Part shown: positions 9,710 to 19,804 of the stretch, in pieces
Layout: every line of letters starts with the position of its first letter
Numbering within the stretch: position 1 is the stretch's first letter
Virus genome (UHGV): UHGV-0108273
DNA from: a virus
DNA length: 34,823 nucleotides
Reading direction: 5' to 3' (one strand)
Notes under the pieces: generated by a model
Seen by the model: only the letters and a program-made list of their open reading frames with translations
Databases searched by the model: none
Told to the model about the DNA's origin: nothing
Program-made: the position numbers and the translations under genes

Positions 9710-11771
9710 CTCTTGTTATGTCTAGAGTAACCGGAATAGTGACATCGGAATGTTTCTGATTAAAAGATACAGTGATGTTTGCCCAATAGCCGCTTCCGGA
9801 CGGTTCCCTAACATACACATCACCCATCCATACGGATAAACGCCGTAATGCATAAAGAGTCTCTTTGTCTTCCTTAGGAATAACCATATTCCAAGTTGCA
9901 GAAGCGCCAACATGAGTGCCATAATAACTAACCGGATACTTTCTTCCGATATAATTTACGAGTGTACTATCCGGTTTGTTATTGTCTGATACATCAATGT
10001 TGTAAGGGATTTTCAGCATCGAACCTACCCATGGAGGAGTTTCGAGTTCTTCGTCTTCAGTTGTGTTAAAATTGGTCCATTCATCGTCCCACTGAATTAT
10101 TACGGAATTGCCTCCTACTGGATACCCAGGTGGATCATAGTAACTAACAGAACCTGTACTTTTCGATGTGGCGACAATTCTATATCGCGCGTAATCTAAA
10201 GCTGGGTGTGGATCAGTTACGTATGATTCATCTAAAGGAGATAGACCGGTAGCTAGCTCGGTAAATGTTCCATCAAACTCTTTCCTATAAACCGATAGCT
10301 CAACATCGGCCACAGCTTCCGACATTTCGTTCAAACAATATGGACTTATGTATGCTGTGTATGTTTCTTCGTCAATTCCTATTTCTGCATCCGGTTCATA
10401 TGTGAATTCAGTCCATGATACATCGAATTCTAATTCCGCTTCTGACGTAAGACCGGAATCCATAGAAGCAGTGCATTTAACTGTATAGCTGATGGCATTT
10501 TCGAGATCTATACTATGTGCAGAGATCTCCAATAACAACTGCTCTTTAGTGTCAAAGTACTGAGAATATAATGCTTCTCCTGCGTTTATTATTTTCTCAT
10601 TGCCTATTTCATCAACTGTTGTGTAAACTTCATTCGATGTTATTTCAACATGATATCCAATTGGCATCTGAGTGTTAGGACCAGTTTCACACTTAAGATA
10701 AATAGGAAACGAATTTACTGTAGTGATAATATTATTTTGATTATCAGTCAAATTCATGGACAATGTGGCCGGAGCATAAACGTTAACTGTTCTCTGTATC
10801 GACCAATCGCCATACTGTTTAGTTACACCAGCAGTTCTAACTCGCCACTTTATAACAGTGCCTTCTTTGTATTGGGTAGTATCCACAGAATAGAAACTGG
10901 TTCTATCTTTATCTTCTTCGACATTGGTATTTTCTATAGTGTGGGTTATTTTTTCTTCATCATAATATATCTCTAATTCAGCAAACGTCTGACTAGAGCC
11001 GTCTTCCGCATTATGAACCCAATATAGAAGTAACTCTTCCCCAGTAATCGCGGTAGTTGTTGAAGACCATGTTGTAGGAGCTGATGGACTTTTACCAATA
11101 ACTATGGATTTAATCGATGTCCATGACGATTCTCCATTATCGTTTACAGCTCGTACTCTAAAGAAATATTCCTGTCCTGATTCCATCCCGGTTATCTGAG
11201 CATATTGGTAAGCAGTAGATGTCACGCTTTTAACCTCTCCAGGATTTTGATCGAAATACGATTGTTTTGTTGTATATTCGATAGTAAAGCTTGTAGCATT
11301 CTCTACTTTTTCCCATTTAAGCTGCACAGACGTGTCCGACGTAGCCTTGATGAAAATTATTTCTTTAGGAGCTGCTGGTACTGTTCCTGCTGAATTCGAG
11401 TAATCAGACCATTCGCCATAGATTTTATCGCTTCCGTATAGGTTCACTGCTCTACAACGAACTCTGTAGTCTGAACCTGGATTAATAGTAAAAGACGCCA
11501 CAGCTCTACAGGTCTGAACCTTTACTGTCGACGTCTTAAACCGAGTTGCCCCACTATAAACTTCAAAAGCGATCTGGTCAGTTCTAGGATCATCAATGTT
11601 ATCGATAGTTGCTGTTAATGTGTACTTATCGATTTTTACACTTGGTGCATTAGGCTTAGCAGGAGGATTACCTGCAAAATTCAAGTATGCACTAGCTTTA
11701 GTGGCAGTCCAATAAGCAACGTCTTTACCATTCACCTTATGCTTTTTAGCGACAGGTTTAACATATACCAT
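9693..11771 (-). CDS. Tail structural protein with two N-terminal fibronectin type III-like domains (692 aa; possibly distal tail or baseplate component)
   Basis: FN3-like segments, e.g. 'PAAPKEIIFIKATSDTSVQLKWEKVENATSFTIEYT...ITGMESGQEYFFRVRAVNDNGESSWTS'. The annotated ATG at 11771 has no obvious Shine-Dalgarno, and the reading frame stays open 49 codons upstream into the preceding gene. Confidence 0.6.
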   Translation of the reverse strand: MVYVKPVAKKHKVNGKDVAYWTATKASAYLNFAGNPPAKPNAPSVKIDKYTLTATIDNIDDPRTDQIAFEVYSGATRFKTSTVKVQTCRAVASFTINPGSDYRVRCRAVNLYGSDKIYGEWSDYSNSAGTVPAAPKEIIFIKATSDTSVQLKWEKVENATSFTIEYTTKQSYFDQNPGEVKSVTSTAYQYAQITGMESGQEYFFRVRAVNDNGESSWTSIKSIVIGKSPSAPTTWSSTTTAITGEELLLYWVHNAEDGSSQTFAELEIYYDEEKITHTIENTNVEEDKDRTSFYSVDTTQYKEGTVIKWRVRTAGVTKQYGDWSIQRTVNVYAPATLSMNLTDNQNNIITTVNSFPIYLKCETGPNTQMPIGYHVEITSNEVYTTVDEIGNEKIINAGEALYSQYFDTKEQLLLEISAHSIDLENAISYTVKCTASMDSGLTSEAELEFDVSWTEFTYEPDAEIGIDEETYTAYISPYCLNEMSEAVADVELSVYRKEFDGTFTELATGLSPLDESYVTDPHPALDYARYRIVATSKSTGSVSYYDPPGYPVGGNSVIIQWDDEWTNFNTTEDEELETPPWVGSMLKIPYNIDVSDNNKPDSTLVNYIGRKYPVSYYGTHVGASATWNMVIPKEDKETLYALRRLSVWMGDVYVREPSGSGYWANITVSFNQKHSDVTIPVTLDITRVEGGI

Positions 11772-11890
11772 GACACTTATCGCATTTGACGGGACGGTGT
11801 ATGTAGATTGGTGTACTTTTTCTTGTGAATTACTTCCTACAAAAAATATTCCATCACCAGTGCTATAACGCCATTCAACTTGATAATAAT

Positions 11891-12247
11891 CTACATAAAA
11901 GATACTGACCTGGTTCCATCACCGAAGTCAGTACCACTTCCATCTTTTATCAGATATCCGACATTTATAGCGGACTGAATATTATGAGTACCACTTTTAT
12001 TCCTGCCTAGAACAGCTCTTGCTCCTTTAATCTGAGTAATTTTCCATGTCTCATTAAAAACCCAGGAGGAAATGCTAACACCGTTATACCATGTAGCACC
12101 ACTTTGAATTGTTACCCATTCGCCTACTCGATAGTTTCCAATTTGTTCTGCATATATTTTTGCCGGTTCTTTAAAGTCCCATGTAGCGTAATATGTACTA
12201 TCTGTACCAGACTGAAGCGCTAATTTAAGATTGGTAACTGACGCCAT
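11891..12247 (-). CDS. Hypothetical tail protein immediately downstream of the tape measure gene (118 aa)
   Basis: Strong RBS (AAAGGAGGA, about 8 nt spacing) and ATG 4 nt after the tape measure stop; no recognisable domain. Confidence 0.55.
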   Translation of the reverse strand: MASVTNLKLALQSGTDSTYYATWDFKEPAKIYAEQIGNYRVGEWVTIQSGATWYNGVSISSWVFNETWKITQIKGARAVLGRNKSGTHNIQSAINVGYLIKDGSGTDFGDGTRSVSFM

Positions 12248-12251
12248 TAGC

Positions 12252-15200
12252 TTATATCCTCCTTTCTATCACGGCTGCTCTTACAATTTCTTTAACAGCT
12301 TCTGTAATATTGCTTCCATCATCATAAGTAAGACCGTTAATGTTATATGAAACACCACCAACATTACCTAAGTCTTTACGAAGTCTGTTTATTGCTGAAA
12401 CAACATCATCCATAGATCCATTTTGAATTCTTTCACCCATCATAGAATTTATGGTGTTTAGTCTTGACATTACTCCCAATGTAGGAGTTCCATTCAACAT
12501 GCCGTTAATTGCACTAGCTCCAGATTTAATATCAGACAAATCAAGGACTGGTCTTATTGTCGGCTGAGTGTTGATATCTCCGTCAAGAAGACTCGAAATT
12601 CTCGACATTGCTGTTTGAGTACTGTTAACAGCGTTATCGGACATTCTAGAAATAGATTGTTTCACTAATCCTCCGAACATACCGATACCCTTAGCAAATC
12701 CAATAGGAACATATGAACCTATTTTCATGAACACCCTTGAAGGTGAATGAATAGCAAGATTAGCCCTAGCTGCTGCCGATGCTGCCGCTGCCATTGAAGC
12801 TGCTGCATTTGCCGCCGACCAAATGTTCGCTTGAATACCTGCTACAAATCCGCTAGCTACATAAGATCCAGAACTATAAAAGCTTGAATAATATCCTCTA
12901 GTAGAAGATACTGCTGAAGACAATATCGACGTTGTTGTGTTCACAACACTTGAAGCTCTACTTCGCATACCGTTTACGAATTGTGTCATTAAAGCAACGC
13001 CATTAGTTCCAAATACGGATCTTTTACTGCTAATAGCTTTAAGCATCGAGTTGATAATATTGGTAGCTGTTGATGTTACCAATGCTTGTTTTGATTTCAA
13101 ACCATTAGAGAAAGATGTAATTAAGTTCGATCCAATGTTCGACATCTTAGACGTTGAACCACTAAATGATTTAGTAATACTATTCATAGAAGTTTGACCC
13201 AAAGTAGATACAGCAGTTTTAAACGATGCTACGCCGCTTGTGTTAAGTCCGGCCAAACTACTAATAAAATTCTTAATCTTAGTAGCCGCTGTTATAGAGC
13301 TAGATATTGATCCGACATTTATACCTGCAACAGAATCAGAGTAACTTTTTAAAGTACTTCCGATAGTTCCTATCTTAAAGTTTGAAACTCCACTAGAATC
13401 CAAACTTGATAGTCCCTGAATAAAAGTCTTTAATCTATTTGCCGCAGTAACAGAAGATGTAACTTTACCAGAGTCCACATTTTCAACCGACTTAGAGTAG
13501 CTCTTCAAAGTAGTTCCAATAGATCCTATTTTGAAGTTACTAACACCACTACTATCCAATCCCGTAAGACTTGATACAAAATTTCTAAGTCTATTTGCTG
13601 ATGATATGGATGATGAGACTATACCCGGGTCCATATCTTTAACGGAGTTTCCGTAGTCCTGCATAGCCTTACCTATGGAATTAATCTTGAAGTTTTCAAT
13701 ACCGCTTGTATCAAGACCCACCAGACTAGCTATTAAACTCTTAAGTCTTAAAGCTACTGAGACTGCTGTGTTTACTTTAGCGATATCGATATCGGCTACA
13801 GATTCTCCGAACTTACCTATAGCCTGTCCAATATTAACCAAATGACCGTCTCCGGCTCCAACACCTGCAAAGCTACTAACACCACTTGCATCGAGATCGG
13901 CTAAAGCGGTAATCAGGTTTTTAATCCTATAAGCGGCTGTTATGGCGGTGTTTATACCATCAGAGTTTATGTTTGCAGCGTCTGTTGAGAATGTAGTCAT
14001 GGCCGAGCTGAATTTTTCGACGTATTTTGAGAATTCCTCAAGATTCATCTTACCGTCAAACCAGCCTTCTTCTGGAAGGGCTTCTTGAAGAGCTATAATA
14101 GCGCTACCTGCATTCGTTACGGATGTTACGACTGCTTCCGATATACCGTCCTCTCCCATTCCGGTTTTAAGTTTGCCCATAGCTGTAGCAAATTGACCTA
14201 TGTTTTCGCCAAAAGTTCCTAAGTCATCTTTTCCGGTAAACCAGTCGATTACTCCTCCCATATTCTCAAGAGAAGATTGTAATCCAGCAAGTTTAGTAGC
14301 CGCATTTATAATAGAAGTAATTGAATCATCATCTATTTTTGTATCTCCTAAATCGGCAAAAGCAGTTTTCATCGATCCCATAAAGCTAGCGACACTAGAC
14401 CCAAAAGTCCCTAAGTCGTCCCTTCCAGTGAACCAGTCAACCACTCCTCCTATATTTTCAAGCGATGACTGCAAGCCTGATAATTTAGTAGCTGCGTCGA
14501 TGATTATGCCGATTGCTTCGGTATTTATTTTGACTCCGTCTAAGCTTGAAAATGCTTTTGTCATAGATCCTATAAATAGACCTATATTTACACCAAATGT
14601 GCCGAGGTCGTCTCTACCTTTAAACCAGCTTATTACTCCGCCTATTGGTTCAAGGCTAGATTGAAGTTTACTCAGTTCAGCAGCTCCAGTAATGATCGAT
14701 GTTAAAGCTTCCGTATTGAAGGATACTCCGTCAAGACCTAGAAAAGCATTCTTCATTGAGAATATAAATTGACCGACGTTAGTTCCGAAAGTCGCGAGGT
14801 CATCCCTGCCAGAGAACCAATCCATAACACCGCCTATAGGCTCCAATGACGATTGTAATTCGCTAAGTTTCGTTGCTACATTTATCACAGCGCCCATTGC
14901 CGCCTCGTCTATTGTGATTCCAGCAGAAGCTTGCGATATCGCTTTCATAGCATTGAAGAACGCAACACCATCGGTCTCAAACTTCTCCATAGAAGTACCA
15001 CCGAGAGTGAATATGTCAGCGATAGAAGTACCAACTGTTGTAAATCCTATCTCTGCCATAGCACTCATTAAATCGGACACGCCATCGAAAGATCCTGATT
15101 TAATACCACTAGCATTTTCGCTTGCTATAGCTAGTTTGTCCATGAAATCAGCAATATTTTGACCTATTTCCGGTAAACTTCCGGTAATACCTTCTCCGAT

Positions 15201-18200
15201 TCCTCCTATGAATGCTCCGATTCCTTTGCCGATTGCGTTTCCTATTTTTCCTAATAATCCACCGCCAGCTTCAACAAGGGACGAAAAACCTGGAATTTTA
15301 GATAACCCACCGATTGCTGCCAGAAGTACTGCTATCTCAGCTATTACAGCACCAACGGCTAATACTCCGGTCATTGCTGGGCCGGCTAAAGCTCCAGCTC
15401 CGGCGAATACTTTCATCAATATTCCGATTACTCCGAATGCACCTATGCCTTTTAGCATAGTATCCATATCTAAATTGCCTATCGAATCGACGATACCTTT
15501 GACAACTTGTCCGACAAAATTCATTATTGCCGATATTAATTCTGGAGTATGCTCGGCAAGACTATTAATAACTCCGATTATAAAACCGAGAAGTGAATCG
15601 ACAATCTGTGGTGCATACTGTTCTAATGCGTCTAAAACGCCTAAGAGCAGTTTCAGAAAACTTTCAGCCAATTGAGGTGCATATTCTCCTATAACTTTTG
15701 CGATTTCGACGATACCTCGACCTATTACTTCAGCAATTTGTGGAATCAATCCTAAAATACCGGTGATTATAACTGTTATTGATGCGACAAGCGCTGTGGC
15801 ACCAGCAGTTCCAGCAGTAGCAAGAGCTGTGAATCCAGCTGATAGAGCAAGTATACCAACGCCAATTCCAGCTATAGCTACAGCAAATATAGCCATCGCA
15901 GCGGATAAACCAAGTATTGCCGGAGTGAGTGGACTCAGAAGAGCTCCAGCTACTCCTATTACTACAAAGGCTCCAGCAAGAGTTACGAGACCTTTTACTA
16001 TGCTCTCCCAACTCATAGATCCTAATGATTTCAATACAGGTGTTAAAATTGCTAATCCAGCAGCTGCAACAACTAATGCGGCAGACCCCTTAAGAGATCC
16101 ACTCATGGCTTTTAATCCAATAGATAGCTCGACCAAAGCTATTCCAAGTACAACGAGTCCTTTTCCTATACTCTCCCAGCTCATCGATCCTAATGATTTT
16201 AAGACTGGAGTTAATATAGCAAGTGCTGACGCCATCAAAAGCATTTGACCGCCGAACTTAGCGATAGATCCACTACCCTTGCTCATAATTTTAGAAGCTA
16301 ACACCAGCATTGTAACAATACCTAATATTCCAGCTCCACCTTTAGCTAATTCGTTCCAACTCATAGAACCCAAACTCTTACCAACAGCAGCCAAAATGCC
16401 AACCGCAGCTGACATGATAAGCATCTGTCCAGCAAATTTGGTTATAGACTTACTTTCAGTATTCATGAGTTTGGCAGCACCAACTAATATAGCGACTATT
16501 CCTAATATTCCGGCCCCACCTTTGGCTAATTCTTCCCAACTCATTGAACTGAGAATTTTAGCGACTCCAGATAACGCTGCTATTGCTGCTGATAATATAA
16601 GCATCTGTCCAGCAAATTTGGTTATAGACTTACTTTCGGTATTCATAAGTTTAGCAGCCGCGACGAGTATAGCTACCATTCCACCAATACCAACGAGGCC
16701 TTTTGCTACACCGTTCCAATCAAGTCCAGCTATAATTTTCATAGCGCCTGCTAATATAAGAATAGCTGCTCCGAGTCCAATCATCTGAACAGTTCTAGCT
16801 ATACCTGACAAACTTGATACTATACCAGATAAAGGTTTGACACTTTTGCTGTTTATTTTTTCAAGCACTGCTAATGCAGATATCAACTCTACAAACAAAC
16901 CGCCTATTGCGCCTAAAGAACTTCCGAGTTTATCCTCGTCTATTCCAGATATGACAAAAAGAGCCGCTGCCAGTATTCCAATAGCACCCGCTATTTTTAG
17001 CAATGTTCCGGCTTTAAGATTCTGTTGCCATGATTCCAAACTTCCCTTAACGCCATCAAGTATTTTTTTAACGTTATCTAAGAAACTTATTTTTTCGAAT
17101 GGATCAGATAATCCTTTAATAAAGTTTCTTATGGCTAGTAATATTCCAGCAAACAATCCGCTGTTTAATACTTCGAAAATATCGCCTTTACCAAAGGCAT
17201 CGGCTATCATATTACCTATATCGGAAAAAGCTTCTCCGATGGCCGCGCCAACCGACTTTATAGTGTTCCATAGACCGGAAAAGAAGCCAAGAAAACCTTG
17301 AAGTGTAGGAGAAATCTTAAAACTCTCAATAAGTGAGCGTCCAAACTCTGCTATTTTTGAAATCCCGTTGCTAAGAAATCCAACAATTTTATCAACTGCG
17401 TCGCCAAACAGATTTCCTTCTACTATGGAGTCTCTCACATTCGAGATAAAATCTCCAAAAGAACTCGTTGCATCCAGTATTCCTCCACCAAGTCCGGTGA
17501 AGTTTCCAATAATATCTAGAGCGCCTTTTCCAACAGCTTTAAAAGCCTCTATAACAATATCGATAGCGGAAAAGATTCCTTTAAATGTAGATTTTATTTT
17601 AGATGCAGCGCCTTCACTTACTTTTAAAGTATCAGTGAAAGCTTTGAATCTATCAATCATACTTACTACTTGGTCGACTGTAGTAGGTGGAAATATCTCT
17701 CTAAAAGCTTCTTTTATCGGTTTTATTATATCTCCAAGGAATTTGAATATATTTTTCAAACCCTCTATAATTTTTTCTCTACCGCCAAGCTCGGTTATTC
17801 CATCGATAAGACCATCTATGTTGTCTTTTAATTTATTCGTAGATTCGTTTGCTTCATTTAGCGCTTTTAATGTAGCGTCATCAACGATACCTGTTATTTC
17901 TAAATCGTTAGCTTCCTGAAAAGCTTTAATAGCTGACTCTGTGGCACTTCCGAAAATTCCATCAGCACCAGAATCGCCAATATCATAGTTAAGGCTTTGT
18001 AATGCTTTTTGTACTTTTGTTACGTCGTCTCCTGTATTACCTTTCGATAAACCGGCTTCGACTCCACTTAAATCTACAAGTTCGCCTTTTAATCCGCTAA
18101 CAGCTTCTTTTAAAATATCAGAAGATATGGCACCAGATTGAAAAGCTTTTTCTAGAGAACCATATTTTTTTATGATCTCGTCCATATTAACGCCATGGTC

Positions 18201-19415
18201 CTCAGCAATCGATCTAACTTTTTCCTCAAAAGTATCGGTTTCTACACCAGCTTCATTTATTTTTTTTACAAGCTTATCCCAGTTAGAAGACATCGCGCCT
18301 TCCAATAATTCGTTACGAGATTTCGCTGATGATTCAACCATCTTTCCAATGGTATCTGAAATTCCAGTGAACAATTCTTTGGAGTCTTCAAAATCACCGA
18401 CAAGTATTCTCCAAGTTTGACCCCATCCAGATTGGAGAGATTCTTTTACCGTATCTATCAGCTGTGTGAATGTTTTTACTTTTGAAGCAGCGTCTTCAGC
18501 GTCCTTCGCTAAAGCCATAATATCGTTTGCTTGAGATTCGCTATAACCTTGGGCAATAAGATCGGCCTTACTATATGCGCCAGACAATTGGTTAAGAGTT
18601 TCAGTTAATACCTCGGTCGTTAACCATTCACCTTTTGTTAGGCTTTCTCTAAAGCTGCCATATGTATCAATAGCTTGTTTAGCGCCTGTTCCCAAAAGTT
18701 CAGACGTTCTAACAAGTGCGTCCTGAAATACCTTACCACCCATACCGGCATTAACAACTGAGTTCCAGTCCATAAGACTAACTTTACCTGCCGCCAATGC
18801 CTGAGAAAGCTGATACATCGCAGTAGATGCCTGTTGAGAAGTTGATCCAGAAACTGCGGCCAAGTTCGCAATACCTTTAATAGCATTAACTGAGGTATCA
18901 AGTTTTACACCAGCTGCTGTAAACGTACCGATATTACGAGTCATTTCCGTAAAATTGTAAATCGTCTTATCGGCATATGTATTTAGCTCATCTAAAGCCT
19001 TATTTACAATATCAACATTAGTGCCTTCCTGCCTTGTATTGGATAGAATTGTCTGAATAGCACCAATCTGAGTTTCGTATTCTTGGAAACCGCTTTTAAC
19101 CGGATCTATAGTTAATGCTGATATCATACGTTTACCAGTGTTAACAGCCTGGTTAGTGATGTTTGCTAAAGCAGTTACACCAGCGACCTGTAGTGCTGAA
19201 AATTTAGCCTGAACTGTCTCTATACCACTGCTCATTCCTGCAAAGCTAACACCTTTAGCAGCCTTACCGACATTCTCCAACCCTTTGGAGGCACCAGATA
19301 GATTTAACTTTTGTTTGAGCTTATCGAGAGTTGACATACTGGTTGCGACTCCGCTCTCAAACTGCTTATTGTCGAACCGCATCTCCAAGACTCTGTTGTC
19401 AATAGTCGTACTCAT
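12252..19415 (-). CDS. Tail tape measure protein, 2387 aa, with a peptidoglycan-binding (PG_binding_1-like) domain and three families of internal tandem repeats
   Basis: N-terminal region typical of tape measure proteins; 'GDDVTKVQKALQSLNYDIGDSGADGIFGSATESAIKAFQEANDLEITGIVDDATLKALNEA' matches the PG_binding_1 pattern; long hydrophobic and Gly/Ala/Ser-rich repeat blocks; start overlaps the upstream gene stop (ATGA). Confidence 0.88.
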   Translation of the reverse strand: MSTTIDNRVLEMRFDNKQFESGVATSMSTLDKLKQKLNLSGASKGLENVGKAAKGVSFAGMSSGIETVQAKFSALQVAGVTALANITNQAVNTGKRMISALTIDPVKSGFQEYETQIGAIQTILSNTRQEGTNVDIVNKALDELNTYADKTIYNFTEMTRNIGTFTAAGVKLDTSVNAIKGIANLAAVSGSTSQQASTAMYQLSQALAAGKVSLMDWNSVVNAGMGGKVFQDALVRTSELLGTGAKQAIDTYGSFRESLTKGEWLTTEVLTETLNQLSGAYSKADLIAQGYSESQANDIMALAKDAEDAASKVKTFTQLIDTVKESLQSGWGQTWRILVGDFEDSKELFTGISDTIGKMVESSAKSRNELLEGAMSSNWDKLVKKINEAGVETDTFEEKVRSIAEDHGVNMDEIIKKYGSLEKAFQSGAISSDILKEAVSGLKGELVDLSGVEAGLSKGNTGDDVTKVQKALQSLNYDIGDSGADGIFGSATESAIKAFQEANDLEITGIVDDATLKALNEANESTNKLKDNIDGLIDGITELGGREKIIEGLKNIFKFLGDIIKPIKEAFREIFPPTTVDQVVSMIDRFKAFTDTLKVSEGAASKIKSTFKGIFSAIDIVIEAFKAVGKGALDIIGNFTGLGGGILDATSSFGDFISNVRDSIVEGNLFGDAVDKIVGFLSNGISKIAEFGRSLIESFKISPTLQGFLGFFSGLWNTIKSVGAAIGEAFSDIGNMIADAFGKGDIFEVLNSGLFAGILLAIRNFIKGLSDPFEKISFLDNVKKILDGVKGSLESWQQNLKAGTLLKIAGAIGILAAALFVISGIDEDKLGSSLGAIGGLFVELISALAVLEKINSKSVKPLSGIVSSLSGIARTVQMIGLGAAILILAGAMKIIAGLDWNGVAKGLVGIGGMVAILVAAAKLMNTESKSITKFAGQMLILSAAIAALSGVAKILSSMSWEELAKGGAGILGIVAILVGAAKLMNTESKSITKFAGQMLIMSAAVGILAAVGKSLGSMSWNELAKGGAGILGIVTMLVLASKIMSKGSGSIAKFGGQMLLMASALAILTPVLKSLGSMSWESIGKGLVVLGIALVELSIGLKAMSGSLKGSAALVVAAAGLAILTPVLKSLGSMSWESIVKGLVTLAGAFVVIGVAGALLSPLTPAILGLSAAMAIFAVAIAGIGVGILALSAGFTALATAGTAGATALVASITVIITGILGLIPQIAEVIGRGIVEIAKVIGEYAPQLAESFLKLLLGVLDALEQYAPQIVDSLLGFIIGVINSLAEHTPELISAIMNFVGQVVKGIVDSIGNLDMDTMLKGIGAFGVIGILMKVFAGAGALAGPAMTGVLAVGAVIAEIAVLLAAIGGLSKIPGFSSLVEAGGGLLGKIGNAIGKGIGAFIGGIGEGITGSLPEIGQNIADFMDKLAIASENASGIKSGSFDGVSDLMSAMAEIGFTTVGTSIADIFTLGGTSMEKFETDGVAFFNAMKAISQASAGITIDEAAMGAVINVATKLSELQSSLEPIGGVMDWFSGRDDLATFGTNVGQFIFSMKNAFLGLDGVSFNTEALTSIITGAAELSKLQSSLEPIGGVISWFKGRDDLGTFGVNIGLFIGSMTKAFSSLDGVKINTEAIGIIIDAATKLSGLQSSLENIGGVVDWFTGRDDLGTFGSSVASFMGSMKTAFADLGDTKIDDDSITSIINAATKLAGLQSSLENMGGVIDWFTGKDDLGTFGENIGQFATAMGKLKTGMGEDGISEAVVTSVTNAGSAIIALQEALPEEGWFDGKMNLEEFSKYVEKFSSAMTTFSTDAANINSDGINTAITAAYRIKNLITALADLDASGVSSFAGVGAGDGHLVNIGQAIGKFGESVADIDIAKVNTAVSVALRLKSLIASLVGLDTSGIENFKINSIGKAMQDYGNSVKDMDPGIVSSSISSANRLRNFVSSLTGLDSSGVSNFKIGSIGTTLKSYSKSVENVDSGKVTSSVTAANRLKTFIQGLSSLDSSGVSNFKIGTIGSTLKSYSDSVAGINVGSISSSITAATKIKNFISSLAGLNTSGVASFKTAVSTLGQTSMNSITKSFSGSTSKMSNIGSNLITSFSNGLKSKQALVTSTATNIINSMLKAISSKRSVFGTNGVALMTQFVNGMRSRASSVVNTTTSILSSAVSSTRGYYSSFYSSGSYVASGFVAGIQANIWSAANAAASMAAAASAAARANLAIHSPSRVFMKIGSYVPIGFAKGIGMFGGLVKQSISRMSDNAVNSTQTAMSRISSLLDGDINTQPTIRPVLDLSDIKSGASAINGMLNGTPTLGVMSRLNTINSMMGERIQNGSMDDVVSAINRLRKDLGNVGGVSYNINGLTYDDGSNITEAVKEIVRAAVIERRI
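13250..16800 (-). repeat. Intragenic tandem repeats within the tape measure gene (three repeat families, about 45-62 codons each)
   Basis: Protein repeats 'LSSLDSSGVSNFKIGSIG..LKSYS.SV...', 'LQSSLE.IGGV.DWF.GRDDLGTFG...' and 'AKLMNTESKSITKFAGQMLI.SAA...LSSMSW.ELAKGGAGILGIV' recur 4-6 times. Corresponding DNA stretches recur (e.g. 'ctcccaactcatagatcctaatgattt' near 16000 and 16180). These generate the spurious plus-strand ORFs at 14200..17301. Confidence 0.8.
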
Positions 19416-19789
19416 ATCTTAGTAACCTCCCTCCAGGCCTCTTCTGCCATTTTGTCAAAAATAGGCTGAATCGCAGGATTGATATAATCTCTCCCTTGAA
19501 CCCAGCCTCCAGTACCAGTCCCATGACCATATTGCAAAATAATAGCGATTGGTACACCTTTATTAATGTTAGAGTTTGTAAAAGTAATCTTTGCTGATCC
19601 GGATGTATTCTCAATTTCGTATCCCCACGATTTAGCAGTCAATCCAGATTCTACAGGAGTAGCAGACATAAGAGCAGCCACCCCTTCCCGACCATATTTG
19701 TCGAGTACGCTGAGCTTTGCATTCCCTTTAAGTTTCTCAAAATATCGAGTAACTTTAGAGAAGTCTCCCTTATGTCTGAAACTAATCAT
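19412..19789 (-). CDS. Small phage protein, possibly an HK97 gp10-like tail component (125 aa)
   Basis: Size and position immediately upstream of, and coupled to, the tape measure gene; weak resemblance to gp10-family proteins judged by eye only. Confidence 0.4.
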   Translation of the reverse strand: MISFRHKGDFSKVTRYFEKLKGNAKLSVLDKYGREGVAALMSATPVESGLTAKSWGYEIENTSGSAKITFTNSNINKGVPIAIILQYGHGTGTGGWVQGRDYINPAIQPIFDKMAEEAWREVTKI

Positions 19790-19804
19790 TTTGATCTTTC
19801 TCCT

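Noticed and set aside
12937-16800. Regularly spaced direct repeats that could superficially resemble a CRISPR array
   Set aside because: The repeats are 130-190 bp protein-coding units inside one long ORF, with no short palindromic repeats, unique spacers, leader or cas genes; they are intragenic tape measure repeats.
14200-17919. Series of plus-strand ORFs (14200..14664, 15208..15675, 15763..16248, 16279..16788, 16837..17301, 17368..17919) with Pro/Ile/Ala-rich repetitive translations
   Set aside because: They lie entirely antisense to the tape measure gene and simply mirror its tandem repeats; they have no independent RBS or start context, and the minus-strand frame is one uninterrupted 2387-codon ORF.
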